Positions 40,272-50,645 of a stretch of 64,000 nt of DNA are shown here, one piece after another. The stretch is from Anaeromyxobacteraceae bacterium (GTDB lineage Bacteria; Myxococcota; Myxococcia; Myxococcales; Anaeromyxobacteraceae): the NCBI GenBank assembly GCA_032654565.1, contig JAULAX010000015.1, positions 320,001 to 384,000 on the forward strand, written 5' to 3'. How positions within the stretch are numbered: position 1 is the stretch's first letter; every line of letters begins with the position of its first letter. The notes beneath the pieces are model-generated. The model was given only the letters and a program-made list of their open reading frames with translations, ran no database searches and was not told the origin of the DNA. A program made the translations under genes and the position numbers.

Positions 40272-42326
40272 TCAGCCCCCGTGCAGGCTCACCGCCGGCC
40301 CGGCCCCGGCCACCCGCTCGCGCTCGGCCAGCTTCACGTCGGCCTCCATCATCAGCGTGATGAGCTGCTCGAAGCTGGTGCGCGGCTTCCAGCCGAAGGC
40401 CCGCTCCGCCTTCGACGGGTCGCCGAGCAGGAAGTCGACCTCGGTGGGGCGGAAGTACTTCGGGTCGATCTCGACGTGCTGCCGGTAGTCGAGCCCGACG
40501 TGGCCGAAGGCGTGCTCGCAGAGCTCGCGCACGGTGTGGGCCACGCCGGTGGCGATGACGTAGTCGTCGGCCTTGGGCTGCTGCAGCATCAGCCACATGG
40601 CCTCGACGTAGTCCTTGGCGTAGCCCCAGTCGCGCTTGGCCTCCAGGTTGCCGAGGTAGAGCTTCTGCTGCAGGCCGAGCTTGATGCGGGCGGCGGCGCG
40701 GGTCACCTTGCGGGTCACGAAGGTCTCGCCGCGGCGGGGAGAGTTGTGGATCCAGCCGTCACCGATGCCGGCGTGGAACGTGCCGCTCTCGGTGGCCAGG
40801 TCGAAGAGCCAGCCCTCGTGCGCGACGGGCGTGACCTTGACCACCTCCGCCACCGGCCGGCGCAGGTGGGCGCCCTTGCTGCCCTGGCGCTCGTCGTCAT
40901 GGACCGAGAGGTTGATCTGGTAATAGCCGTGCCCGCCGCGGTCCTCGACCGAGAGGATGGCCCGCTGGCCCAGGGCCCGCTGCGCCAGCCACCAGAGCCC
41001 GGCCGCGAGGCACGGGGAGGCCGTCTTGAAGGACTTGAACTCGTACTTCGAGTTCCCGGCCTTCAGGCCGTCGGTCTCGTTGTAGCCGCGCAGGAAGGCC
41101 AGCTGGGCTTCCAGGCTGGCGTTCAGGATCCGCAAGGGGACACGCTTGTCGCCGCGCTCCGTGTAGAGCTGGGGTCGAAGCCAGCGACCATAGGCCGTGC
41201 CGCCGCTCAGATTGACCGCCTGGACGGCGGCATCGGAGAACCCGGACGTGCCGGTCCACCGGTGTGAACCACCGCCAGTGATGGCCCGCCAGGCCGCCGC
41301 GGCCTCGTCGAGGATGCCGAGGTCGTTTCCCGTGACGCGAACGTCGCCATCTTCGCTGACGTAGCCGTCTCCGGCCAGCGCTCCGAGCAGCCAGGCCTCG
41401 GCCTCGGTCACCTGCGTCATGCCCGTCGCCTCGGGTGAACGGGCCAGCGTCAGCGTGTCCCCCTCGCGAACCGTTCCGGCCGGCGTCTCCTTCCCCTCGT
41501 CGATGAAGACCACGTGGTCCGTGGTGGCCGAGAAGATGGCGCCACGTGCGGCGATGCGCACGACCTGCTTCTGTCCGCGGTTGTAGGTGGCGGTCATGCA
41601 GGTGACGCGAGCCCACCTGTCGCGGTCCCAGACCTCCAGGGGCCTGGCCGGTTCGCCGGTGTACCTGGTCCCATGTCGGGGGTCGCTCCGATGGGGAACG
41701 ATCTCCTCGATGGGCAGGATGTCGATGAGCCCCTCGCGGCGGACGATGACCGGGGTCTCGGCCGTCACGCACTCGTGGTTGAAGAGGATGCCGTTGGAGA
41801 CGTGCAGCCCGTAGGCCTCGCGGTAGTTGACGCCGATCCAGTAGGCGTAGACCTTGGCGCAGCCGTACGGGCTGCGCGGGTAGAAGGGGGTGGCCTCGGC
41901 CTGCGGCGGCGGCGAGGCGCCGAACATCTCCGACGACGAGGCCTGGTAGATGCGGGTCTGGTTCATGCCTAGCTCGCGCACCGCCTCCAGCAGCCGCACC
42001 GCGCCGAGCCCGGTCACCTCGCCGGTGTACTCGGGCACGTCGAACGACACCTTGACGTGGCTCTGGGCGCCGAGGTTGTAGATCTCGTCGGGGTGGAGCT
42101 TCTTCAAGAGGTAGTTGAGCGAGGAGGCGTCGTTCAGGTCGCCGAAGTGGAGGAAGAGCCGGCAGCCCTGGTCGTGCGGGTCCTGGTAGATGTGGTCGAT
42201 GCGCTGGGTGTTGAAGGAGGAGGAGCGGCGGATGATGCCGTGCACCTCGTAGCCCTTCGAGAGCAGCAGCTCGGCGAGGTAGCTGCCGTCCTGCCCGGTG
42301 ATGCCGGTGATGAGCGCCTTCTTCAC
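40272..42326 (-). CDS. gmd: GDP-mannose 4,6-dehydratase containing an intein
   Basis: [25 protein letters not shown]|intein|[21 protein letters not shown]; exteins total 341 aa. Confidence 0.96.
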   Translation of the reverse strand: MKKALITGITGQDGSYLAELLLSKGYEVHGIIRRSSSFNTQRIDHIYQDPHDQGCRLFLHFGDLNDASSLNYLLKKLHPDEIYNLGAQSHVKVSFDVPEYTGEVTGLGAVRLLEAVRELGMNQTRIYQASSSEMFGASPPPQAEATPFYPRSPYGCAKVYAYWIGVNYREAYGLHVSNGILFNHECVTAETPVIVRREGLIDILPIEEIVPHRSDPRHGTRYTGEPARPLEVWDRDRWARVTCMTATYNRGQKQVVRIAARGAIFSATTDHVVFIDEGKETPAGTVREGDTLTLARSPEATGMTQVTEAEAWLLGALAGDGYVSEDGDVRVTGNDLGILDEAAAAWRAITGGGSHRWTGTSGFSDAAVQAVNLSGGTAYGRWLRPQLYTERGDKRVPLRILNASLEAQLAFLRGYNETDGLKAGNSKYEFKSFKTASPCLAAGLWWLAQRALGQRAILSVEDRGGHGYYQINLSVHDDERQGSKGAHLRRPVAEVVKVTPVAHEGWLFDLATESGTFHAGIGDGWIHNSPRRGETFVTRKVTRAAARIKLGLQQKLYLGNLEAKRDWGYAKDYVEAMWLMLQQPKADDYVIATGVAHTVRELCEHAFGHVGLDYRQHVEIDPKYFRPTEVDFLLGDPSKAERAFGWKPRTSFEQLITLMMEADVKLAERERVAGAGPAVSLHGG
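40743..41771 (-). mobile_element. 343-aa intein with a LAGLIDADG homing endonuclease
   Basis: Starts CVTAET, block [16 protein letters not shown] and [10 protein letters not shown], block F LFDLAT, ends HN before Ser+1. Confidence 0.93.
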
Positions 42327-43273
42327 GTGATCCCCCCTCGATTGGCCTCGAACCAGGCCACCGTCTCGGCCAGCCCCTCCTCGAACCCGATCGACGCCTT
42401 CCAGCCGAACTCGGCCAGCGCCTTGGAGGTGTCGAGCATGCGGCGCGGCTGGCCGTCGGGCTTCGACCGGTCCCAGACGATCTCGCCCTGGAACCGGCAG
42501 TGTCGCGCCACCAGCGGCACGAGATCCCGCACGTAGATCTCGAAGCCGGCCCCCAGGTTGACCGCCTCGCTCTTGTCGTACCGCTCGGCGGCGTCGACCA
42601 CGCCGCGGGCGGCGTCGCGGGCGTGGAGGAACTCGCGCGAGGCCCCGCCGGTCCCCCAGACCACCACCTGCCTGTCGCCGCGCTCGCGGGCCTCGACGCA
42701 CTTGCGGATCAGCGCCGGGATGACGTGCGACGAGGCCAGGTCGAAGTTGTCGCGCGGGCCGTAGAGGTTGACCGGGAAGAGCACCACCGAGTTGAAGCCG
42801 TACTGGGCCCGGTAGCCCTCGCTCTGCACCAGCATGGCCTTCTTGGCGATGCCGTAGGGGGCGTTGGTCTCCTCCGGGTAGCCGTTCCAGAGGTCGGCCT
42901 CCTTGAAGGGGACCGGGCAGAACTTGGGGTAGGCGCAGATGGTGCCGAGCGCCACCAGCTTCTTCAGGCCCACCTGCCGCCCCACCTCGATGAGCTGCAC
43001 GCCCATCATCAGGTTGTCGTAGAAGAACTTGCCGGGGTTGTCGCGGTTGGCGCCGATGCCGCCGACCCGCGCCGCCAGGTGGAGGACGATGGTCGGCTGG
43101 GTGTCGCGGTAGAGCGCCCGCACCGCCGCCATCTCGACGAGGTCGTAGTCGCGCGAGCGCGGCACCAGCACCTCGCGGGCGCCGCGGCGCGTGAGCTCCT
43201 CGAGCACGAAGGAGCCGAGGAAGCCGGCCCCCCCGGTGACGACGACGCGCTCGTTCGGCCAGTCGATGCTCAT
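42323..43273 (-). CDS. fcl: GDP-L-fucose synthase
   Basis: [51 protein letters not shown]. Confidence 0.95.
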   Translation of the reverse strand: MSIDWPNERVVVTGGAGFLGSFVLEELTRRGAREVLVPRSRDYDLVEMAAVRALYRDTQPTIVLHLAARVGGIGANRDNPGKFFYDNLMMGVQLIEVGRQVGLKKLVALGTICAYPKFCPVPFKEADLWNGYPEETNAPYGIAKKAMLVQSEGYRAQYGFNSVVLFPVNLYGPRDNFDLASSHVIPALIRKCVEARERGDRQVVVWGTGGASREFLHARDAARGVVDAAERYDKSEAVNLGAGFEIYVRDLVPLVARHCRFQGEIVWDRSKPDGQPRRMLDTSKALAEFGWKASIGFEEGLAETVAWFEANRGGIT

Positions 43274-43440
43274 GGGGTGGCGAGACTATGGGGGCGGGCG
43301 GGAGGGGTCAACCTCCCAGCGCGGGGGCGTACCGGCGGGATCGATCACCCGGACCGTCCGGCCGCGGTGGCGAGCCGCCGTCGGCCCGGGGAGAACAGCC
43401 GCCACCTCGACGCTGGAGCCGCTCCCTGATGACAACGTGC

Positions 43441-43471
43441 TCTTGACAGGCGTATCAAGACGGCGTAGTCA
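43441..43471 (+). promoter_or_regulatory. Promoter and inverted-repeat operator of the AbiE-like operon
   Basis: TTGACA -35 embedded in TCTTGA-N8-TCAAGA. Confidence 0.55.
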
Positions 43472-43479
43472 TAACCGTC

Positions 43480-44265
43480 GTGGTCACCGCCGTCCAGGCT
43501 GTGGAGTTCTTCCACCTCCAGTTCGCACGCCTGCTCTGCGCCGGGCCGGACAAGGACGCCTTCGCCATCAAGGGGGGCTGCAACATGCGCTTCTTCTTCG
43601 AGAGCGTCCGCTACTCGGAGGACATCGACCTCGACGTCACCGAGCGCATCCCGGTCCACGCGCTCAAGGACCGGGTCCCCCGGATCCTCTCCGGCCCGGC
43701 GCTCACGCTGGTGCTCAGGAACCGGGGCATCGAGGTGGGCCGGGTCTCGGCGCCGAAGCAGACCGAGACCACGCAACGCTGGAAGCTGGGGTTGTCGGTG
43801 GAAGGCCACCCGGCGCCGCTGCCGACCAAGGTGGAGTTCTCGCGGCGAGGCGCCAGCGACGCGGCGGTGCTCGGTCCGATCGGGGCCAGCGTCCTGGCCG
43901 AGCACCAGACCATGCAGTTCCTCGCGCCGCACTACCCGCTGGCGGCGGCCCTGAGGCAGAAGGTGACGGCGCTGGCCGACCGCAGGGAGGTGCAGGCCCG
44001 CGACGTCTTCGACCTGGGGAGCGTCCTGATTCCCCGGGCCGGCGAAGGGGTGGAGCTGCTCCGGCCCGTCCGCGCCGCGATCCGGCCAGCGCTGGAGCGG
44101 GTCATGACGCTCACCTACGCCGACTTCAAGTCCCAGGTGGTCTCCTACCTTCAGCCAGTCGAGGCGGACGCTCACGGAACGCCCGAGGCCTGGGAGGCCA
44201 TGCAGCTGGCGGTGGTGGAGTACCTGGACGCGGCGCTCGCCGGCCTCGGGGGCGCCACCCCGTGA
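43480..44265 (+). CDS. AbiEii/AbiGii nucleotidyltransferase toxin (type IV TA)
   Basis: KGG...RYSEDIDLD, QKVTAL, RDVFDL. Confidence 0.88.
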   Translation: MVTAVQAVEFFHLQFARLLCAGPDKDAFAIKGGCNMRFFFESVRYSEDIDLDVTERIPVHALKDRVPRILSGPALTLVLRNRGIEVGRVSAPKQTETTQRWKLGLSVEGHPAPLPTKVEFSRRGASDAAVLGPIGASVLAEHQTMQFLAPHYPLAAALRQKVTALADRREVQARDVFDLGSVLIPRAGEGVELLRPVRAAIRPALERVMTLTYADFKSQVVSYLQPVEADAHGTPEAWEAMQLAVVEYLDAALAGLGGATP

Positions 44266-44882
44266 ACGCCACCGTCGCGCTGGGGCGCCTGAAGGCCCTG
44301 GGGATGCCGGCGGTGACCACGGCGGACGCCGCGGCCGTTCTGGGACTCCCCGTCGACGCCGCCAGCCACACCCTGCGCCGGCTCGGGAGCGCCGGGCTCC
44401 TGACGCCGGTCCGCAAGGGGCTCTGGGCTCTGCGTGAGCGACCCGAGCCGCTGGCCCTGGCGGAGTACGTCACCGCGCCCTACCCAAGCTACGTCTCCCT
44501 GCAGTCCGCGCTCTACCTGCACGGGATGATCGACCAGCTGCCGGTGGTGACCTACCTGGTGTCCCTGGCCCGCACCGCCCGGATCCGCACCGGGGTGGGC
44601 AGCTACAGCGTCCACCACGTGCGGCCCGAGTTCTTCGGCGGCGCTCGGCGGGATCCGGTCACCGGGGTCAGCCTGGCCACGCCCGAGAAGGCGCTGGTGG
44701 ACTTCCTCTACCTGGCGCCCACCCGGTCCCGCCTCTTCGCGGCACTGCCGGAGCTCGAGCTCCCGGCCCGCTTCAGCACGCGTGCGGCCCGCGCCTGGAT
44801 GGCCCGCATCCCGGCCGGCCGGATGCGCACCATGGTGGAGCGGGAGTTCGAGCGGGTGGTCGCGAAGCCCGCCGAGCGCTGA
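44262..44882 (+). CDS. AbiEi-type antitoxin (type IV TA)
   Basis: N-terminal wHTH, PSYVSLQSALYLHGMIDQLP, ATPEKALVDFLY; GTGA overlap. Confidence 0.88.
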   Translation: MNATVALGRLKALGMPAVTTADAAAVLGLPVDAASHTLRRLGSAGLLTPVRKGLWALRERPEPLALAEYVTAPYPSYVSLQSALYLHGMIDQLPVVTYLVSLARTARIRTGVGSYSVHHVRPEFFGGARRDPVTGVSLATPEKALVDFLYLAPTRSRLFAALPELELPARFSTRAARAWMARIPAGRMRTMVEREFERVVAKPAER

Positions 44883-44895
44883 TTCGCAGCCGCTC

Positions 44896-47439
44896 CTACT
44901 TCAGCAGCTCCTCGGTCATGCGCCGCTCCGCCTGCGCCGCCCGCGCCTTCGCCAGCTCGTCGAGCCGGGCCTGGTAGTCCTCACGCCGCTGCCCGGGCAG
45001 CGACGAGGCGCGCTCCACCGCGGCGATGGCGTCGTCGATCCGCCCGCCCTGCTGGCAGTACGAGGCCAGCGCCATGAGCGGCCAGGCCGAGTCGGGCAGC
45101 GCCGTCACCGCCGAGCGGGCCCGCTCGATGGCCTCGCCGAGCCGACCCTGGGCCCCGAGCGTGGCCGACACCAGCAGGTGGCGCAGCGCCTGCTCCTGCG
45201 GGGTCCGCGCCGCCATCGACTCCGCCAGCCGCCGGGCCTCGGCCGGCCGCCGCTCCGAGAGCGAGCGGTAGACCAGCGCCTCCACCAGCGCCGGCGAGCC
45301 GGGCGAGAAGGTCAGCCCCCGCTCCAGCGTGGCCCGGGCCTCGTCGTCGTACCCCTCGGCCACCAGCACCGCCGCCGCCACCCGCCAGCCCTGCGGGTCG
45401 CCGGGGGTCTCGACGGTGCGCCGCCGCGCCACCTCCAGCGCCTCCTCCAGCTCGCCGGCCGCCTGCAGCGCCCCGGCCAGCGGCACCAGCGCGCGGGCGT
45501 CGAGCGAGCCCTCGACGGCCCGGCGGAAGACCGAGGCGGCGTCGAGCGGCCGCTGCCGCGAGAGCAGCAGGTAGCCGAGCGACACCAGCCCGTCGCCGGT
45601 GTCGGGCGCCACCTGCAGCAGCTCCTCGACGGCGTCGAACCGGTCGGCCGCCTCGCCGAGCGCGGTGGGCGAGCCGTAGAGGAGCGCCAGCCGGTACTCG
45701 CGCCGGGCCAGCGCCCCCTGGCCGGCGGCGGCCAGGCAGCGGGCGGCGTACTGGTGCGGCTCGGGCGCGGTGGGGTTGAGCGCCATGGCGCGGGTGAGCC
45801 AGGGCATGGCCGGGGCGCAGCGCCCTTCCAGCACCCAGCGCGCCCCCACGATGGCGGCGGGGACGTAGTCGGCCCGGTGCCAGCGCAGCGCCTCGTCGGC
45901 CAGCACGGCCGCCGCCGCGGCGTCGGGCGCGCGGGCCACCGCCAGAGCCTCCTCCTCGGTGGGGTGGGCTCGCCAGAAGGCCGCCCCGGCACCGGCCACC
46001 AGCAGCGCCGCCGCCACGCCGGCCGCCAGCCAGCGCCAGCGCAGGCGCGGACGCCAGCTCAGAAGTCCGCCCAGCCGCTCGCCCGCCTGCCCGCCCAGCT
46101 GCTCGCTCGGTCGCTCGCTCAGCCGCCCGCCCCCGTCGACCCTGCCGTCGCCCTGTCCGTCGCCGGCCCCGCGGCCGCCCCCCCCGCCCTCTCCGCCGCG
46201 CGTGAGCAGCCCGAGCGCCACCATGAACGGCACGCCGACGCCGCTGAACTCGAGCGAGAAGTCGACCAGGTTCTGCGCCGCCACCGCCGCGGTGCCGGCC
46301 AGCAGGCCGACCTCCACCGAGGAGAGGTCGCGCCGCCGCGCCGCCGCCAGCCAGCCGAGCCCCAGCGTCACCAGCAGCAGCAGGCCGACCGGCAGGCCGA
46401 GGTCCACCAGCGGCTGCAGCCACTCGTTCTCCAGGTGGGTGAAGGTGACCGCGGCGGGATCGGTCTTGAGGGCGGGGAAGACGGTGGCGAACGAGCCGCG
46501 GCCGATGCCACCGAGCGGGTGCTCGCGCAGCAGCGCCAGCGCCGGCCGCCAGAGCTCGAGCTTGACGTCGTCGCGGGCGGTCCGGAGCGTGGAGAGCTCG
46601 CGGACCACCGGCTCCAGCGCCAGGTAGGCGACCGCGCCGAGCGCCACGGTGAGCCCGGCCAGCGCCGCCCAGCGCCAGGGGTGGGGCGGCTCGCCGTCGG
46701 GCCGGACCTGCCAGGCGGCCAGCAGCAGGAAGACCGCCACCCCGCCGAAGAAGGCGCCGATGCCGCCGCGCGAGAGCGAGACGAAGAGCGCCGCCACCAC
46801 CACCACGAAGCACATCAGCCAGAGCAGCCGGGCCTGGCCGTGGCGGCGCAGGGCCAGCCCCAGCACTGGGAAGGCGGTGAGGCAGAGGAAGCCGGAGAGG
46901 TGGTTCGGGTTCACGAAGGGTGCGCGCGGCTCGAGCAGCGGCCCGAGGCCGAGCAGCGCGGCGCCGAGCACCACCAGCGCCACCGCCAGGCCGGAGAGGC
47001 CGAAGGCCACCAGCACCAGCTCGCGGCGGCGGCGGGTGCCGGCCACGGCGAAGCCGGCCAGGAAGGCCAGCAGCTTGGCGGCGGCGCCGGCCAGCTCGCG
47101 CCCGGAGGCGGGAGGATCGAGCGAGATCGCCACGCCGCCGGAGAGCGGGAGGAGCTGCAGCGCGCTCCAGGCCAGCACCAGGAGGAGCGGAAGGGCGGCG
47201 AGGGGGAGGGGGATGAGTTGCGCCACGGGCTGCATCGGTACGGATGGCTGCACCGCCGCCGAGGCCCTCTCCCCGCCGCGGGTGAGCAGCAGCAGCGCCG
47301 CCCCCGCCAGCGCCGCCGCGACGAGCTGCACCGACAGGTCCACGCCGCCGCGGGCCAGCGGAGCCGCCACCACCAGCGCGGCGAGCACCCAGGCACCGAT
47401 GGTGGAGGTCGAGGTGGAGGAGCGGTGGCGAGGTGGCAT
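44896..47439 (-). CDS. O-antigen ligase/Wzy_C family protein with C-terminal TPR repeats
   Basis: PFVNPNHL, SLSRGG, HPLGGIGRGSF, HLENEWLQ; TPR tail. Confidence 0.85.
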   Translation of the reverse strand: MPPRHRSSTSTSTIGAWVLAALVVAAPLARGGVDLSVQLVAAALAGAALLLLTRGGERASAAVQPSVPMQPVAQLIPLPLAALPLLLVLAWSALQLLPLSGGVAISLDPPASGRELAGAAAKLLAFLAGFAVAGTRRRRELVLVAFGLSGLAVALVVLGAALLGLGPLLEPRAPFVNPNHLSGFLCLTAFPVLGLALRRHGQARLLWLMCFVVVVAALFVSLSRGGIGAFFGGVAVFLLLAAWQVRPDGEPPHPWRWAALAGLTVALGAVAYLALEPVVRELSTLRTARDDVKLELWRPALALLREHPLGGIGRGSFATVFPALKTDPAAVTFTHLENEWLQPLVDLGLPVGLLLLVTLGLGWLAAARRRDLSSVEVGLLAGTAAVAAQNLVDFSLEFSGVGVPFMVALGLLTRGGEGGGGGRGAGDGQGDGRVDGGGRLSERPSEQLGGQAGERLGGLLSWRPRLRWRWLAAGVAAALLVAGAGAAFWRAHPTEEEALAVARAPDAAAAAVLADEALRWHRADYVPAAIVGARWVLEGRCAPAMPWLTRAMALNPTAPEPHQYAARCLAAAGQGALARREYRLALLYGSPTALGEAADRFDAVEELLQVAPDTGDGLVSLGYLLLSRQRPLDAASVFRRAVEGSLDARALVPLAGALQAAGELEEALEVARRRTVETPGDPQGWRVAAAVLVAEGYDDEARATLERGLTFSPGSPALVEALVYRSLSERRPAEARRLAESMAARTPQEQALRHLLVSATLGAQGRLGEAIERARSAVTALPDSAWPLMALASYCQQGGRIDDAIAAVERASSLPGQRREDYQARLDELAKARAAQAERRMTEELLK

Positions 47440-47530
47440 GGCGGTCCGGGGAGTGTAGACCAGACCGGGCAGGGCTCCGTTCAGGTTGCGCCGCGGGATT
47501 CTGGGGAGGCACGGCTGCGTCGGCCGCGCG

Positions 47531-47602
47531 GGCTGAACCGGCTGAACCGGCTGCACGGGCTACACGGGCAGCGGGGGCTGCACGGGCTGCACGGGCTGAA
47601 CC
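47531..47602. repeat. 9-bp tandem repeat x8 (GGCTGAACC/GGCTGCACG)
   Basis: Read directly in the intergenic region. Confidence 0.85.
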
Positions 47603-47668
47603 GGCGCAGCGTGCGACGCGACGCCCCCGTCCGGGACTCGCAGGTTCAGCCGCACCCGGGATCTGCCT

Positions 47669-49628
47669 TCACGCCACTGCCACCGCCACCGGGCCGCTCC
47701 AGGCGAGCCGGCCCGGCGCCTCACCGCGGACGCGGATGTAGCCGCCGTGCACGCCGTGGAGGTGGTGGCCGGCGCAGAGGCTCACCAGGTTCTCGGGCTC
47801 GTCATCACCGCCGTGGGACCGGTACTCCACGTGGTGGACGTGGATGGCGGCGCGGCTGCAGCCGGGCACCTGGCACAGGCCGCGATCGCGCTCGAGGACG
47901 CGCTTCTGGACGGTGTTGCGCTCCTTCAGCAGCGGCTCCCAGGTGGCGATGAAGTGGTCGGCGATGCGCTCCAGCGCTTCGGAGGGGGTGATGAAGCGGC
48001 TGGTGCCCTGCCAGGCGCGCTGCGCGCTGCGACGTGCCCTGCGACGGGTCCAGCGAGGCGTCCGCCTGAGTGTCCCGCCGAGCGTCCTGCGACGCGGCCA
48101 AGAGGGCCAGTTCGAGCAGCTCGGCGACGTGGACGGGCATGCGGACGATGCGCTGCCCCTGCGCGCACATCTGCGCCTCTTCGACGGCCTCGGCCTCGCG
48201 CGCCAGCTCGATGCAGGTGCGCTCCGCGGCGCGGGCCAGCCACTCCGGGAGGGTCGCCTCGGTGGCCTGGAAGGCGACAATGCGGGCCTTCTCGTAGCTG
48301 ATGCGCCCCTCGCGCAGGGCCACCCGCAGCTCGGGCAGCCAGTAGAGGCGCCGTTCGAGCGCGATGCGCTGGCCGATGTTCCGCTCGGAGAGGCCGAGCC
48401 GCTCGGTGCAGTAGTGCTCGAAGCTGACGAACTGCATGTCGCGCCAGAGACCGGACTGGCGCACCAGGAAGGCGAGGTGGCCGAGCAGCTCGTCCCAGCG
48501 ATGCTGCAGGGATCGGAGCCGCCGCAGGTCGGCGTCGAGGCGGAGGAGATCGACGGCCGCCGCGCATCCGGCCTCCGGCGACCCGTCGGTCCACGCCAGA
48601 ACGACCGACAGCGAATGACCCGTCGCGCCAGCGCTCGCGGTCACGCTCCCACCCGCCGCGGCGGTACCTGCAGCCGCGCCCGCCCCCGCCGCCCCGCCTC
48701 CCGCGACGTCCCCGTCGGCCGCCCCCACCCCCCGCGGCGCCGGATCGAAGCTGCGCAGGAACTCCCACTGGCGCGACTCGTGCTCCAGCCAGACCTTCAG
48801 CTCGTCGAGCTGCTGGCCCGACGGGGCGTGGTCGAGCCACTGGTAGGCGCGGCGGATGCCCGGCGCCACCTCGGCGGGAGGCTCCACCGGGTGCGAGCCC
48901 AGGTACTCCTCGCAGACCGCCTCGAGCCGCTGCCACGGCGGCGCGGTGGCCCCGAGCAGCTTGCCGGCCAGCGCCAGCGCCCGGTCGAGCTTCGGCCCGG
49001 ACTCTCCACGCACAGTGAAGCCGACACGCTCCCAGCGCTCCTCCTCGGCCTCGGCGCCGGACGTGTCGCCGAGCGCCTCGCGCACGCCGGCCGCCAGCGA
49101 CCGCACGGTCTCCTTCCTGGCGCGCGCCACCCAGGCGGCCTCGTCGGTGCCGCGAGCCACCGCGACGATGGTCTCGGCCTTGCGCGCGGTGACCGCGCCG
49201 GACTCCACCGCGGCGCGGAGCAGCGGCCGCTCGGCGAGGTTGGAGGAGAGGCGGGCCAGCTTCTCGGCGGTGCTGCCGGCGACGCCGAGCCGCTCGCGGG
49301 CGTAGTCGCGCAGGCCGGAGAAGCCGAGCCGCAGCAGCCGGTCGCCGACCAGCAGCGTGGAGAGGCCGGCGCCGAGGGCGAGGTCGAGCGGGCCGCGGCC
49401 GCGGACGACGCGGACCAGCAGCCGGTCGAGCAGCAGGGCGGCCTCGGGGCGAAGCAGGTGGCGGCGCTCGTCGGACGGCACCGGCAACAGCGTGGAGGCC
49501 ACGGCGGCGATGGAGGCGTATTCCGCGCCGAGGTCGGCGGAACGGCCCGCGCGGAGGTCCAGGCCGGGGGCCGGGCCGGGGTCCAGGCCCTGGTCCGCGA
49601 CCGCCGCGATCTGGAGCGAAACGCTCAT
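47669..49628 (-). pseudogene. DUF222-like/HNH endonuclease gene, frameshifted by a 7-bp duplication
   Basis: N-terminal helical domains in ORF 47805..49772; HNH motif (RDRGLCQVPGC..HH..RSHGG..ENLVSLCAGHH) in a different frame; GCGCTGC x2 at 48017-48030. Confidence 0.8.
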
Positions 49629-49656
49629 TCCCGCTGGGATAGCACTATTCCTGACA

Positions 49657-49673
49657 ACTGAACAGGCGTATCG
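49657..49673 (-). promoter_or_regulatory. Putative myxobacterial LexA (SOS) box upstream of the HNH gene
   Basis: aCTGAACAGGCGTATcG matches 15/17 of the reverse complement of the M. xanthus consensus CTRHAMRYBYGTTCAGS (consensus recalled). Confidence 0.5.
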
Positions 49674-49694
49674 TACATGCGCCCCAAGAGGGAC

Positions 49695-49757
49695 CCCACC
49701 CCCACGCCCACCCCCACCCCCGTCCCCCCGCCCTCCCGTCCCCCCGCCCTCCCGTCC
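49695..49757 (-). repeat. G-run tract on the minus strand, including a 16-bp tandem repeat x2
   Basis: Many C3-C6 runs on +; cgtccccccgccctcc at 49721 and 49737. Confidence 0.75.
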
Positions 49758-49789
49758 ACGGCTCCCCGGCAAACGGGGTCTCGCCGTAC

Positions 49790-49924
49790 CGCCCTGGTGT
49801 GCTCAATCGTCCGCATCCAGGTCGGCCATCACGTCCCTGACCGTGGCGTGGGCCTTGAGGCCACCGCGGCGCGCTTCCTTCATCGCCGCCCGGGTCCCGG
49901 GGTTGGGGACACGCAGCTCGAACG
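49790..49924 (-). repeat. Partial copy of the dinJ 3'/yafQ 5' junction
   Basis: 135 bp, 5 mismatches to 52040-52174. Confidence 0.92.
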
Positions 49925-49931
49925 CGCCTTC

Positions 49932-49945
49932 ATTACCATGGTAAT
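49932..49945. promoter_or_regulatory. Perfect palindrome, probable vapBC operator
   Basis: ATTACCATGGTAAT overlapping a TAATAT -10-like box, 9 nt before the ATG. Confidence 0.65.
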
Positions 49946-49954
49946 ATACCGTCC

Positions 49955-50218
49955 ATGACCATCGCCCAGTCCAGGCTCACGTCGCAGGGGCAAGTCTCGA
50001 TCCCGGCCGAGGTGCGCCGACGGCTCGGGCTCGGCCCCGGGTCGGTCATCGAGTGGGACCAGGTCGGCGAGCAGATCCTGGTCCGGCGGGCGGGGCGCCA
50101 CTCCTCCGCCGAGGTGAGCGCCGTGCTCTTCCCTGCCGGAGCCGGGAAGCCACGCAGCCTCAAGGCGTTGAAGGCGGGGATTCGCGCCCACGTGAAGCGC
50201 CGCCATGCGCGCGGTTGA
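49955..50218 (+). CDS. vapB: AbrB/MazE-fold antitoxin
   Basis: SRLTSQGQVSIPAEVRRRLGLGPG. Confidence 0.88.
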   Translation: MTIAQSRLTSQGQVSIPAEVRRRLGLGPGSVIEWDQVGEQILVRRAGRHSSAEVSAVLFPAGAGKPRSLKALKAGIRAHVKRRHARG

Positions 50219-50585
50219 CACCAACCTGCTGGTGCGGCTCCTGGCCCGCGACGACGCCAGGCAGGTCGCCGCGGCCGAGGCCTTCGTGGCGCCAGGAGCC
50301 TGGGTCTCGCACCTGGTGCTGGTCGAGGCCGTCTGGGTGCTCGACTCGGTCTACGGGCTCCCGCCGGCCAGGCTCGCCAGCGCGGTCGAGCTGCTCCTCG
50401 AACACCGCGATCTCACCATCCAGGACGCCGACGTCGTGACCCGCGCGCTCGCCGCCTTCCGCTCCCGGCCGGGGCTCGGCTTCTCCGACTGCCTGGTCCT
50501 CGAGGTGGCGCGCCAGGCCGGCCACCTGCCGCTCGGGACCTTCGACCGGGCGCTCGCGAAGCTGGATGGCGCCGAGCGGGTCTGA
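50205..50585 (+). CDS. vapC: PIN-domain toxin
   Basis: VDTNLLVR, VEAVWVL, FSDCL, TFDR. Confidence 0.9.
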   Translation: MRAVDTNLLVRLLARDDARQVAAAEAFVAPGAWVSHLVLVEAVWVLDSVYGLPPARLASAVELLLEHRDLTIQDADVVTRALAAFRSRPGLGFSDCLVLEVARQAGHLPLGTFDRALAKLDGAERV

Positions 50586-50610
50586 GAGAGAACCAGCGCC
50601 GCCTGAACCG

Positions 50611-50645
50611 CCCGGCGCGCACATCTGCGCCGCCTCGCCGGACCC
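50611..50645. repeat. Array junction repeat R1, copy 1
   Basis: cccggcgcgcacatctgcgccgcctcgccggaccc. Confidence 0.92.

Noticed and set aside
46070..46200. Low-complexity insert in the O-antigen-ligase-like gene as a mobile element
   Set aside because: In-frame Gly-rich linker with no element hallmarks.
49625..49816. Extra yafQ genes (ORFs starting MRTIEHT at 49816 and 56067)
   Set aside because: Only the first 9-18 codons match; these are repeat fragments, not genes.
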